Source: Thalassobaculaceae bacterium (GTDB lineage Bacteria > Pseudomonadota > Alphaproteobacteria > Thalassobaculales > Thalassobaculaceae). Taken from it: a DNA stretch of 64,000 bases. The position numbers were made by a program, and so were the translations under genes. Positions within the stretch are counted from its first letter, which is position 1; every line of letters starts with the position of its first letter. The notes under the pieces were generated by a model. The model did no database searches. It was not told where the DNA came from and saw only the letters and a program-made list of their open reading frames with translations. This document shows positions 54,542 to 63,988 of this stretch, piece after piece. Where the stretch lies: the NCBI GenBank assembly GCA_965228875.1, contig OZ245843.1, forward strand, positions 434,001 to 498,000. Reading direction: 5' to 3'.

Positions 54542-55837
54542 ATGGCCAAAGTAGCGATCATCGGCGCCGGTGCCATGGGCCTCGCCGCCGCCTACCACGC
54601 GCTGGAGGCGGGGCACGAGGTCGTCGTCTACGAGGCGGACTCCGTGCCGGGCGGCATGGCCGCCCATCTCGATCTCGACGGGCTGTCGATCGAGCGCTTC
54701 TACCATTTCATCTGCAAGGCGGATCAGCCGACCTTCACGCTGATGGAGCGGCTCGGCATCGCCGATCGGATGCGGTGGACGCCGACCTCGATGGGGTATT
54801 TCGTCGACGGCAAGATGTACCGCTGGGGCGATCCGGTCGCCCTGCTGACCTTCCCCAAGATCGACTGGATCTCGAAGTTCCGCTACGGCCTCCAGATGTT
54901 CCTGGCGACCAAGCGCAGGGACTGGTCGGATCTGGAGACCGTGTCCGCCAAGGACTGGATCGAGAAAGGGGCGGGACGCCGGGTCTACGAACTGCTGTGG
55001 CGCCCGCTGTTCGATCTGAAGTTCTTCGAATACGCCGACAACGTCTCCGCCGCCTGGATCTGGACCCGGATCAAGCGGGTCGGGACCTCGCGGCGCTCCC
55101 TGATGCAGGAGGAACTCGGCTATATCGAGGGCGGATCGGAAACGCTGGTCACCGCCCTGGTCGAGGCGATCGAGGCGCGGGGCGGCACGATCCGGCTCTC
55201 GACACCGGCGCGTGAGGTCGTGGCCGAGGACGGCAGGGTCGTCGGCGTGCGTACCGACGCCGGCGTCGAGCCGGCCGAGGCGGTGATTTCCACCATGCCG
55301 ACGCCCTACGTCTCCAGCCTGGTGCCGGCCCTGTCCGACGACTGGAAGGCGAAGTACGACGCCATCGTCAACATCGGCGTGGTCTGCGTTCTGCTCCGCC
55401 TGAAGAAGCCGGTCACGGAGCATTTCTGGGTGAACATCAACGACCGCGCCGTCGAAATCCCCGGCATCATCCAGTTCTCCAACCTGCGGCCGGTCGAAGA
55501 CACCGTCGTCTACGTGCCGTTCTACATGCCGACCAGCCATCCGAAGTTCGCTCGCGACGACCAGGCGTTCATCGACGAGTCAATGGCCTGCCTGAAACAC
55601 CTCAACCCGGCCATCGGCGATGACGATCTCACGGCGTGGACCGTCGGCCGGCTGCGGCACGCCCAGCCGATCTGCGAGCCGGGGTTCCTGGCGAAGATTC
55701 CGCCGGTGCAGACCCCGATCCGCGGCCTGCAGATCTGCGATACCTCGTTCTACTATCCGGAGGATCGGGGAATCAGCGAGAGCGTGCGGGTTGCCGAGGA
55801 GATGGCGGCGGCAATCCCGGCATCCATATCGGGATAG
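54542..55837 (+). CDS. FAD-dependent oxidoreductase (amine oxidase/PPO-like fold)
   Basis: GAGAMGLAAA, E..GGMA, ERFYHF, LGY.EGG, YYPEDRG. Confidence 0.85.
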   Translation: MAKVAIIGAGAMGLAAAYHALEAGHEVVVYEADSVPGGMAAHLDLDGLSIERFYHFICKADQPTFTLMERLGIADRMRWTPTSMGYFVDGKMYRWGDPVALLTFPKIDWISKFRYGLQMFLATKRRDWSDLETVSAKDWIEKGAGRRVYELLWRPLFDLKFFEYADNVSAAWIWTRIKRVGTSRRSLMQEELGYIEGGSETLVTALVEAIEARGGTIRLSTPAREVVAEDGRVVGVRTDAGVEPAEAVISTMPTPYVSSLVPALSDDWKAKYDAIVNIGVVCVLLRLKKPVTEHFWVNINDRAVEIPGIIQFSNLRPVEDTVVYVPFYMPTSHPKFARDDQAFIDESMACLKHLNPAIGDDDLTAWTVGRLRHAQPICEPGFLAKIPPVQTPIRGLQICDTSFYYPEDRGISESVRVAEEMAAAIPASISG

Positions 55838-55846
55838 GAGGCGGGC

Positions 55847-56284
55847 GTGGCGCGCGCGATCGTTCTCGGCGAGTTCGGCCGGTTTCTGGTCACCGGCGGC
55901 ATTGCGGCCGGTGCCAACGTGGTCTCCCGCTGGCTGCTGAATTTCGCGATGCCGTTCGAGGCCGCCGTGGTGGTCGCCTATCTGATCGGCATGACGACCG
56001 CCTACGTGCTGTCCCGGCTGTTCGTGTTCGCCACCTCCGGGCGCAGCGTGCGCGACGAGTTCTTCCGCTTCGCCATCGTCAACGTGGTGGCCCTGATCCA
56101 GGTCTGGTTGGTGAGCGTCGGCCTCGCCCGCTATCTGTTCCCGGCGGTCGGCTTCACTTGGTACGCCGACGACATCGCCCACATGATCGGCGTGGTGATC
56201 CCGGCGGTGACCAGCTATCTCGGCCACCGGCACTTCTCCTTCGCCGCCCGAACCGCCGAGCCGACGGGTGAGGGGGAACGGTGA
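55847..56284 (+). CDS. GtrA-family flippase
   Basis: Four TM segments, RFLVTGG, R.FVF, SY.GHR.FSF. Confidence 0.88.
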   Translation: MARAIVLGEFGRFLVTGGIAAGANVVSRWLLNFAMPFEAAVVVAYLIGMTTAYVLSRLFVFATSGRSVRDEFFRFAIVNVVALIQVWLVSVGLARYLFPAVGFTWYADDIAHMIGVVIPAVTSYLGHRHFSFAARTAEPTGEGER

Positions 56285-58407
56285 TGCGGATTGCGGTCGC
56301 GCTGTCGGTCGCCCTGGCGCTTGTGACCCTTGCAGCCGGCGCTGCCTATTCGCTGCTGCTCTCCACGTCGGTGCCGATCGGCGACATCGTCGACTTCTAC
56401 CACCAGTTCATGGAAGCGGACGGGTTCGCCGGCTACGGCCTGAGTGAGCTGTTCAGGTGGCACAACGAGCATCGCCTTGTCGTGCCCAAGCTCTGGTTTC
56501 TGGCGGATATCGCACTCGTCGATGGCCGGCAGAGCCTGTTGCGGGCGGTCATCTTCCTCTCCGCCCTGTTGCATGCCGGTCTTCTCGCCCTGCTGTTCCG
56601 CAGCCTCGGCCATTCCGTTCGGACGACCGGTCTCGCCGCTCTCGTCGCCGCCGCGGCTTTCGTGTCCCCGGTTCAGTACGAGAACCTGCTTAATGGGTTC
56701 CAGGTCCAGTTCGTTCAGGTTTGGCTGTTCGCCACGATCTCCCTGGCGCTCATCGCCTGGGCGCCGGCACGCGAGGATCGGCCGCTGGCAATCGGTCTCT
56801 GCGTCGTCGGTGCTGTTCTGGGGGGGCTCGCCTCGACGTACAGCATGTTCAACGGCGTGGCGGTCTGGCCGTTGCTGGTGGTGTTCGCCTTCTGGCGCCG
56901 GCTGCCGCTCGGCTGGTGCCTGCTGCTCGCGGCGGTCGGCGGGGCCGTCGTGGCCGCGCAGATCACGGGGTTCCTTGCCCGGCCAGGCGCCGGTGGCGGC
57001 TATGCCACGGGGATCGATCCTTTCACGGTCCTGCTCTTCATGGGACGCTATCTGGCCTCCGCGCTTGGTCAGATCGGCACCCTGGGCCAGGAGGTGGTTG
57101 GCATCGCGGCGATGGCCGCCGTCGTCGCCGGGGGGCTCCATGCGTTGGTCCGACCGGCATCGACGCCGCCCGCTCGCATGGCGCTGTACGCGCTCGGCGC
57201 CTTTCTGATGGTGGCGGCGTTGGCGACGGCGCTCGGCCGGCTGCACATCGGTCTCGGGGCCGCCGATTCCTCCCGCTACACGACACCGTCCATGCTGTTC
57301 CTGGTGACGACGGGGCTGCTCGCCTTCGACCTGCTTCTGCGCACCGGACGACGGCAGGCGATCGCAGTGTCGCTTGGCGTCGGGGTCGTGGTCCTGCTGG
57401 TGCCGGGACTGGTTCATGGCCTGCGTGGTCTTCCGCATCGTCTGGCCGCCCGCGACCTGGCGGAACTGACCGTCGTCAGCCATCTGGCCGCCGGCTACCG
57501 CCCGGACACGCTTCTTCATATTTATCCGGAATGGCCGCCACGCACGACAACCGTGCTCGACGGCATGCGCAGGTTCGGGATCGGTCCTTTCTCTGAGATC
57601 GACCGCTTCCGCCCGCCTCAGGGCGCGCTGGCTGACGGTCCGACGGTCGAGACGCCGCTCTGTGACGGCAGCGCCGAGCGCCTGCGGGTCGATCCGGTGA
57701 CGGGCGTGACCGTTTCCGCCTGGCTGGCCGACGCCGAGAGCGGAAGACGTGCACCCTGGCTGGTTGTCCGGTCGACGGATGGCAAGGTCCTGGCCTGGGG
57801 AGCGGCGCTGGAGCCGCGCGGCGACCGGGTGCCGATTCCCGAGCCGGGAATGTTCGAGCGCGGGCTGCGTGGTTTCGGGCCGGCGCCGGAGGCGATGGTC
57901 GACAGTGCGATCGTCGAAGGTGTGTTCGCCGATGGCACCCGCTGCCGGCTGCCGGGCACGGTGGCGGCGCTTCCCGACCGCTATATCGCCGAACTGCCCG
58001 TCGGCGCCCGTCCCGCCCTCCCGGACGGTTGGACGTTCGAGGGCGAGCCGCTCGCCGGCGGTACGGGAGACACGGCGGTTCCGGATGCCGCCCGGCCGGT
58101 CTACGGCTCAATGGGTCTGAACGACCGGCGCTTTGCCGCGTCGGCGACGCTCGGCGTGCCAGGCGAGGCGCGGGGTGTCCTGCTGCCGCTTCGCAGCCAG
58201 AACTGGCCGTTCGGAACCACGATCATCTTGCAGACGGCCGACGGTGTGACGCTGGACGACGTCACGTTGACCCGGCCGGTCCGCGACTGGGCATGGCTGG
58301 TGCTGAAGGCACCGCAAATGGATGAGGGCATGCGGATCGTGATCCGCACCGTCGAGCGTCATCCCCGCAACGCCGTGGCGTTCGGCACGCCGTACTGGTT
58401 GCCGTGA
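56281..58407 (+). CDS. Polytopic membrane protein, probable GT-C glycosyltransferase
   Basis: About 12 hydrophobic segments, first loop GDIVDFY/WHNEHR, SSRY, soluble C-terminal domain; follows gtrA. Confidence 0.65.
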   Translation: MMRIAVALSVALALVTLAAGAAYSLLLSTSVPIGDIVDFYHQFMEADGFAGYGLSELFRWHNEHRLVVPKLWFLADIALVDGRQSLLRAVIFLSALLHAGLLALLFRSLGHSVRTTGLAALVAAAAFVSPVQYENLLNGFQVQFVQVWLFATISLALIAWAPAREDRPLAIGLCVVGAVLGGLASTYSMFNGVAVWPLLVVFAFWRRLPLGWCLLLAAVGGAVVAAQITGFLARPGAGGGYATGIDPFTVLLFMGRYLASALGQIGTLGQEVVGIAAMAAVVAGGLHALVRPASTPPARMALYALGAFLMVAALATALGRLHIGLGAADSSRYTTPSMLFLVTTGLLAFDLLLRTGRRQAIAVSLGVGVVVLLVPGLVHGLRGLPHRLAARDLAELTVVSHLAAGYRPDTLLHIYPEWPPRTTTVLDGMRRFGIGPFSEIDRFRPPQGALADGPTVETPLCDGSAERLRVDPVTGVTVSAWLADAESGRRAPWLVVRSTDGKVLAWGAALEPRGDRVPIPEPGMFERGLRGFGPAPEAMVDSAIVEGVFADGTRCRLPGTVAALPDRYIAELPVGARPALPDGWTFEGEPLAGGTGDTAVPDAARPVYGSMGLNDRRFAASATLGVPGEARGVLLPLRSQNWPFGTTIILQTADGVTLDDVTLTRPVRDWAWLVLKAPQMDEGMRIVIRTVERHPRNAVAFGTPYWLP

Positions 58408-59312
58408 GCGTGGGGGGCGCATCGGCACCGCGCTTCGCGCCCTATGACAAGGGGCGGTTTCAACTGACCTTGGGAATAAAGGAGATCGCGCCGGCGGAGT
58501 GGATCGATGTCGACCCGCACTATCCCGAGCACATGGCTGAAAAGAAGCGTCTGCTGGCGGAGCGTCACGGCGATGTCTTCGGCGCCACAGTCGGCAGCGA
58601 GGAGGCGCAGTCCGAATGTCTCGACATGTTGGAGGCGGACCTGGCGGCGCATCACCCGGCGCTCGTTTCCCGACAGGACGGCCATCTGCTTACCGCCTGG
58701 GACGGTGCGGCGCTCGCACGGGCCGATTTCACCGCGGCACCGCTGGATCTCGCCGGCCGTCTGGTCCAGGAGGACCTGTGCCTCATGGTGCCGGCGGAGG
58801 AAGGTCACCGGCTGATCGCGGCGACCCTTTGCTTCCCGGCGCGCTGGCGGCTCGCGGAGAAGCTCGGCCGACCGATGAGTGCGATCCACGCACCGGTTCC
58901 CGGCTTCAACGACCGTCTCAACCGGCCGGTAGAGCGGTTCTTCTCGGGCATCGGACCGGACCGGCTCTACATGCGGCTCAACTGGTCGGTACTCGACGAT
59001 GCGGCGCTGTTTCAGCCGACCGGCCACGGACGCGGGGAGTTGGACCGAACGATCACGCCGGAGAATGCCGACACCCGCCTGCACATCCGGATCGAGCGCC
59101 AGACATTTCGCCGATTGCCGGCGAGCGGTGCGCTGGTCTTCGGGATCAAGACGTTGATCGACCCGATCACGACGGTCGCCGAACGGCCGGACCTGGCGGC
59201 GGCGATGCTGGGCTCGCTGCGGACGATGCCGGACGACATGCGCGCCTACAAAAGCATGGCGCCCTTCGCGTCGGCTCTGGAGACGTGGCTGCTGCGGCAT
59301 ACCGGTTCTTGA
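58404..59312 (+). CDS. DUF3445 / heme-dependent oxidative N-demethylase alpha-like protein
   Basis: VQEDLCLM, CFP.RW...KLG.....IH.PVP, R.NWS, R.ERQT.RRLP.SGA.VF.I.T. Confidence 0.8.
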   Translation: MSVGGASAPRFAPYDKGRFQLTLGIKEIAPAEWIDVDPHYPEHMAEKKRLLAERHGDVFGATVGSEEAQSECLDMLEADLAAHHPALVSRQDGHLLTAWDGAALARADFTAAPLDLAGRLVQEDLCLMVPAEEGHRLIAATLCFPARWRLAEKLGRPMSAIHAPVPGFNDRLNRPVERFFSGIGPDRLYMRLNWSVLDDAALFQPTGHGRGELDRTITPENADTRLHIRIERQTFRRLPASGALVFGIKTLIDPITTVAERPDLAAAMLGSLRTMPDDMRAYKSMAPFASALETWLLRHTGS

Positions 59313-59515
59313 CCTGGCGAATCTGGATGCGAATTAAACCGTATCGGTGGTGGGTGGCCGGATGCGTTCCACAGTGTCGACCATGTTTCCGGTATGTTTA
59401 CGAATTGCGCCTAAAATGCATACAATATCCATAGCAGCAGTGTGGGGGTTGATGTGAGCGTGAACGCGAGGAGTCGCGAGCGGGCGGTGTTTGCATATGC
59501 CGGCCTTCCCTGCTG

Positions 59516-60673
59516 ATGACCGACAAGAACAAGCAGCTTCTGGATAAGCTCGTCGCGCGCGGGCGAACGCTTCGGGTGCAGAAAGCCGGGGGCGGACGCC
59601 AGTCGCGGATCAACACGCGGGTCTTCAACTGCTTCCGGCTGACCAAGGTCGCCAACCAGGAGGGGCGGATCTTCCGGCCTCTTTTCTTCACCGACGCCAT
59701 GAACTCGTGCATCGTCTCGAAGGAGGTGGTGCCGTCCCACATGAAGGCGCTGATGCGTCCGCACCAGCTCGCGACGAAAGTGCATTTCCCGTATTCCGAC
59801 GAATACGTTCCGCAGGCGATGGGCCGGGTGGGCGGCAAGTCGGTCTATGTCGGGGAAGCCAATTTCGAGCGCAAGCTGGATGACCATTTTCTGGGATCGC
59901 AGCCGGAGGAGGTGCGGGAGCACGACATCGAGATCCTGCGGATGTTCGATACCCTGCCGTCGCTCGACCCGTTCCTGATCCGCGACAAGTTCGAGATCAA
60001 CGAACTGGAGATCGACGAGGTCTATCTGCAGATTCCGCTTGAGGAATGGCAGGACATCAAGAACAGCATCATCGGAAAGTTCCGCCCGCTCGCCCGTATC
60101 GCGTTCTCCGGCGTCTCGAAGGACGAGGACCTGGAACTCCACACTCTGCGGCTGGTCGAGAAGATGTGGGAGGCGGTCGACGTCGAGCTTCTGAAACCGC
60201 TGACGATGGCGATGCGGATCGAGACCTCGGACGCCGGCGCCCTGTACTATGCGTGGAAGGGGATCGTCTATTACGACTACAAGATCTCCAACATGCAAGC
60301 TGAACTCACCAAGATGATGGAATTCCTGGTCCGTCTGCATAAGGACCGGAGCATGCGGATCTACAACGGGTCCGTCACCACAGACTGGCAGGTCCCGCTG
60401 GCGCGCATAAAGGAACATCGCAGCGACCTGAACGCGGTCATGGGCCGCTATCACAAGGTCTATGACGACTTCTTCGTCAAAGGTGAGAATCCGGTCGAGT
60501 TCCGCCAGTTCTTCGCCATCGCCGAGGATCTGTTCTGGTTTCTCGGGGGCACGATTTCGATCCTGGACAGCTGCGTCGAGCAGTATCAGCGGTTCATCGA
60601 GAAGGGCCAGTACGTGCCGGAGGCGCTGGTCGATCTCTGGAGCGACCTGGTCGAACTGACCAAGACGGAGTAG
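59516..60673 (+). CDS. Hypothetical cytoplasmic protein
   Basis: 385-aa ORF with coding-like GC3 bias; LPSLDPFLIRD, WKG..YY; start uncertain. Confidence 0.8.
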   Translation: MTDKNKQLLDKLVARGRTLRVQKAGGGRQSRINTRVFNCFRLTKVANQEGRIFRPLFFTDAMNSCIVSKEVVPSHMKALMRPHQLATKVHFPYSDEYVPQAMGRVGGKSVYVGEANFERKLDDHFLGSQPEEVREHDIEILRMFDTLPSLDPFLIRDKFEINELEIDEVYLQIPLEEWQDIKNSIIGKFRPLARIAFSGVSKDEDLELHTLRLVEKMWEAVDVELLKPLTMAMRIETSDAGALYYAWKGIVYYDYKISNMQAELTKMMEFLVRLHKDRSMRIYNGSVTTDWQVPLARIKEHRSDLNAVMGRYHKVYDDFFVKGENPVEFRQFFAIAEDLFWFLGGTISILDSCVEQYQRFIEKGQYVPEALVDLWSDLVELTKTE

Positions 60674-60679
60674 GACCGC

Positions 60680-61303
60680 TCAGCGGCTTTCGTTCGCGAG
60701 TTTCAGGCGCTCGAGGTAGAGCGGATCGAGTTTCGGCGCCCGAACCCGACGGCGGTCCGGTTCGACCGCGTCGAGCGGCGTGCAGGCGACCAGCTTGTCG
60801 TGCGCCTCGATGGCGAGCTGCCGGTAGACGTCGGTCCCCGACCGCTTCCAGGAAATCTGCTGCTCGTCGAGTTCGCGTACCACGCGGGCCGGGGAACCGA
60901 CGGCGAGGCTGTTGGCCGGGATCCGGTCGTTCGCCTTGACGAAGGCGAGGGCGGCCACGATGGCGTTCTCGCCGATCTCGGCCCCGTCCATGACGACCGC
61001 GTTCATGCCAACCAGCGCGTTTCGCCCGATCCGGCAGCCGTGCAGGATCGCGCCGTGGCCGATGTGGCCGAAGCTCTCGACCACCATTTCGGCGTCGGGA
61101 AAGGAATGGGCGACGCACGTTTCCTGGAGGTTGCTGTCGTCCTCCATGACGATCCGCCCAAAATCGCCACGCAGAACCGCCCCCGGTCCGACGTAGCAGC
61201 GGGCGCCGACGATGACGTCGCCGATGAGGACCGCCGCCGGATGCACGAAGGCGCCGGGATCGATGACGGGAACCACGCCGTCGTAGGAATAGACCTGGGC
61301 CAT
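60680..61303 (-). CDS. paaY: PaaY/CaiE hexapeptide-repeat protein
   Basis: VHP.AVLIGDV, LRGDFGRI, GHIGHGAILHGC; downstream of paaE. Confidence 0.88.
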   Translation of the reverse strand: MAQVYSYDGVVPVIDPGAFVHPAAVLIGDVIVGARCYVGPGAVLRGDFGRIVMEDDSNLQETCVAHSFPDAEMVVESFGHIGHGAILHGCRIGRNALVGMNAVVMDGAEIGENAIVAALAFVKANDRIPANSLAVGSPARVVRELDEQQISWKRSGTDVYRQLAIEAHDKLVACTPLDAVEPDRRRVRAPKLDPLYLERLKLANESR

Positions 61304-61370
61304 GGCTGTTCTCTCTTCCTTCGGTTCGGGGACATCATCCGCTCTGACCGGGCGGTGCCGATCGCATCGG

Positions 61371-62450
61371 TCAATGGCCGTAGTCGATGGTGATGTTGTC
61401 CGTCAGCGGGTAGCACTGACAGGTGAGAACGTAGCCGCGCCGGACCTCGTAATCCTCCAGAGCATAGTTCGCCTCCATCTCCGCCTTGCCTTCGACCACG
61501 ACGGCGCGGCAGGTCGAGCAGACCCCGGCCTTGCACGCGTGGGGCGCGTCGAGTCCCGCGCCCAGGGCGGCGTCGAGGACCGACATGCCGTGCTTCGGCA
61601 TCTCGATCATGCGCTTCTCGCCGTCGAGCAGGATCGTCGCGGTACAGGTCTCCTCGCCGCGCCCGGCCGATGCTGCGTGCGTGGGGCGCCGACGGACGCG
61701 GCCCGGCTGACCGCTGGCGAACAGTTCGAACTTGATCCGCTCGTCCGGCATGCCGTGCGCCTTCAAGGCGCCGGCGACCGCGAGCATCATCGGTTCGGGC
61801 CCGCAGATGAACGCGTGATCCGCGCGCGCGACATCGATCCATCGCGCGAACAGGGCCTCGCACTTGGCGGCGTCGACGCGGCCGGAGAACAGCTCGATCT
61901 CCTGGGTGTCGTTTTCCAGCACATGGACGATGCTGAGCCGGCCGAGATACCGGTTCTTCAGGTCCTCCAGATCCTCGCGGAACATGATCGTGTTCGACGA
62001 CCGGTTGCCGTAGACGAGGGTGACGGTCGACTTCGGCTCCTCGGCCAGCACGGTCCGGATGATGCCGAGGACCGGGGTGATGCCGCTGCCGCCGGCGAAG
62101 GTGAGGTAGTGTTTGGCCTTCTCCGGCTCGATCGGGCCGTGAAAGGTCCCCGCCGGCGCCATCGCCTCGAGCTCGGTGCCGACCGCGAGGCTGTCGTTGG
62201 CCCAGGTCGAGAAGCAGCCGCCGTCGACTTTCCTGATCCCCACCTGAAGCTGATCGCACCCTCGCGCGACGCAGATCGAGTAGGAGCGGCGCACCTCCTC
62301 CCCCTCGAACTCGCGGCGGAACGTCAGGTACTGACCGTGGGTGAAGGTGAAGGCGTCACGATCCTGAGGCCGCGGCTGCAGGGTGAGGACGACGGCGTCG
62401 CGGGTATCGCGCCGTATCTCGGTCACGCGGAGGGGAAAGAACGCTGCCAT
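61371..62450 (-). CDS. paaE: Phenylacetyl-CoA epoxidase reductase subunit
   Basis: GQYLT, RRSYSIC, AGGSGITP, CGPEPM, CKAGVCSTC..C ferredoxin. Confidence 0.93.
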   Translation of the reverse strand: MAAFFPLRVTEIRRDTRDAVVLTLQPRPQDRDAFTFTHGQYLTFRREFEGEEVRRSYSICVARGCDQLQVGIRKVDGGCFSTWANDSLAVGTELEAMAPAGTFHGPIEPEKAKHYLTFAGGSGITPVLGIIRTVLAEEPKSTVTLVYGNRSSNTIMFREDLEDLKNRYLGRLSIVHVLENDTQEIELFSGRVDAAKCEALFARWIDVARADHAFICGPEPMMLAVAGALKAHGMPDERIKFELFASGQPGRVRRRPTHAASAGRGEETCTATILLDGEKRMIEMPKHGMSVLDAALGAGLDAPHACKAGVCSTCRAVVVEGKAEMEANYALEDYEVRRGYVLTCQCYPLTDNITIDYGH

Positions 62451-62466
62451 CAGTCTCGCCGGAGCC

Positions 62467-62940
62467 TCAGATGCACTTGAACAGGTCGAAGGGCTCCAGG
62501 CAGTCGTCGCAGCGATACTGGGCCTTGCAGGGGGTCGAGCCGAAGCGGCTGATCTCGGACGTCTGCGGGGAGCCGCAGCGCGGGCAGGCGGTGGTGCTCG
62601 GCGGGGCGATGCCATAAGCGCGGAGGGCGGCGCGGCCGCGTTCGGTGATCCAGTCGGTGGTCCAGGGCGGCGAGAGCTGTCGTTTGAACTGCAACTTGGC
62701 GATCCCGCGCCCGCGCAGCGCACGGTCGATCTCGATCTGGATGACCGTGCTGGCGGGACAGCCGGAATAGGTCGGCGTGAGGGTGACCTCCAGGGTATCG
62801 CCGTGCCACGCGACGTCCCGGATCACCCCGAGGTCGACCAGGCCGATCACCGGAATCTCCGGGTCGGGCACCTCCGCGAGCCAGTCCCATACCGTGTCGA
62901 CGGCCGGGAGCGAAGCCGCACCGGACACCGCCGCCGTCAC
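62467..62940 (-). CDS. paaD: Phenylacetyl-CoA epoxidase subunit
   Basis: VPDPEIPV, TPTYSGCPA, WTTDW, CPRC, STPCKA..C..C.EPFD.FK. Confidence 0.93.
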   Translation of the reverse strand: MTAAVSGAASLPAVDTVWDWLAEVPDPEIPVIGLVDLGVIRDVAWHGDTLEVTLTPTYSGCPASTVIQIEIDRALRGRGIAKLQFKRQLSPPWTTDWITERGRAALRAYGIAPPSTTACPRCGSPQTSEISRFGSTPCKAQYRCDDCLEPFDLFKCI

Positions 62941-63707
62941 CAGGTGCCGCCCGGATAGGTGCGCTGGAGGACCTGCATCTCGGCGAGCATGTAGCCGAGA
63001 TACTCGGTGTGCAGGCCCTGCTTGCCGCCGCGCTGGACATATGCGTCCGCGGGCCGGATCAACGTCGCCTCGGACAGCGTGGCCTCGACATGGCTGGACC
63101 AGTCATCGGCGATCGCGTTCAGATCCGGCACGACCCCCGCCGCGGCAAGGCTTCTGTCGACCGCGTCCGCCAGGACCATCTCGCCGGTCCATGGCCACAG
63201 ATCGTCCAGCGCCCGCTGCATGCGGTCGTGGCTCTCTGCCGTCCCGTCGCCCAGGCTGACCACGAGGTCTCGGCTGCGGGTCAGGTGATACGCGGTTTCG
63301 CGCGACGCCTTGGCGGCGATCTCCGCGAGGCGGGGATCCGCGCAGCCGGCGAGCGCGGTGAGAAGGGGGTGGTGCCAGGCGTCGAACAGGTACTGGCGCA
63401 TCAGTGTGCAGGCGAAGTCGCCGTTCGGCTGTTCGACCAGGAGCAGGTTACGGAACCCGCCGGCATCCCGGCGATAGGCGAGGTCGTCGGCGCTGCGGCC
63501 CTGTCCCTCGATCTCGCCCGCCAGCGCCAGCCAGAGCTGGGCCTGGCCGACCAGGTCGAGGGCGATGTTGGCGACGGCGATGTCCTCCTCGAGCGCGGGC
63601 GCATGGCCGACCCAGGCGCCGAGACGCTGGGCCAGGACGAGGCAGTTGTCGCCGAGCCGAAGCGTGTAGGCGAAGAGCGCGTCGTCGCGGGAGCCCGCCT
63701 CGGCCAT
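62937..63707 (-). CDS. paaC: Phenylacetyl-CoA epoxidase subunit
   Basis: LGDN.LVLAQRL, LEEDIA.ANI.LD, EQPNGDFA, HTE.LG..LAEMQ.LQR.YPG..W. Confidence 0.94.
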   Translation of the reverse strand: MAEAGSRDDALFAYTLRLGDNCLVLAQRLGAWVGHAPALEEDIAVANIALDLVGQAQLWLALAGEIEGQGRSADDLAYRRDAGGFRNLLLVEQPNGDFACTLMRQYLFDAWHHPLLTALAGCADPRLAEIAAKASRETAYHLTRSRDLVVSLGDGTAESHDRMQRALDDLWPWTGEMVLADAVDRSLAAAGVVPDLNAIADDWSSHVEATLSEATLIRPADAYVQRGGKQGLHTEYLGYMLAEMQVLQRTYPGGTW

Positions 63708-63988
63708 CACATGGCGCCCACGTCGTCGGGGATGTCGAAGAAGGTCGGGTGACGATACACCTTGCTGTTCGACGGCTCGAACAGGGGGCCCTTCTCGCCG
63801 GGTGCGCTCGCGGTTATGTCGGTGGCGCGAACCGCCCAGATGCTCACCCCCTCGTTGCGCCTCGTATAGACGTCGCGGGCGTTCATGATCGCCTTCTCGG
63901 CGTCGGGGGCGTGCAGGCTGCCGACATGGCGGTGGGAGCCGCCATGCTGCCCTCGGATGAAGATCTCCCAGAGGGGCCATTCGCTCAT
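63707..63988 (-). CDS. paaB: Phenylacetyl-CoA epoxidase subunit
   Basis: WPLWEIFIR, HVGSLHA.D, ARDVYTRR.EGVSIW, KVYRHPTF. Confidence 0.95.
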   Translation of the reverse strand: MSEWPLWEIFIRGQHGGSHRHVGSLHAPDAEKAIMNARDVYTRRNEGVSIWAVRATDITASAPGEKGPLFEPSNSKVYRHPTFFDIPDDVGAM

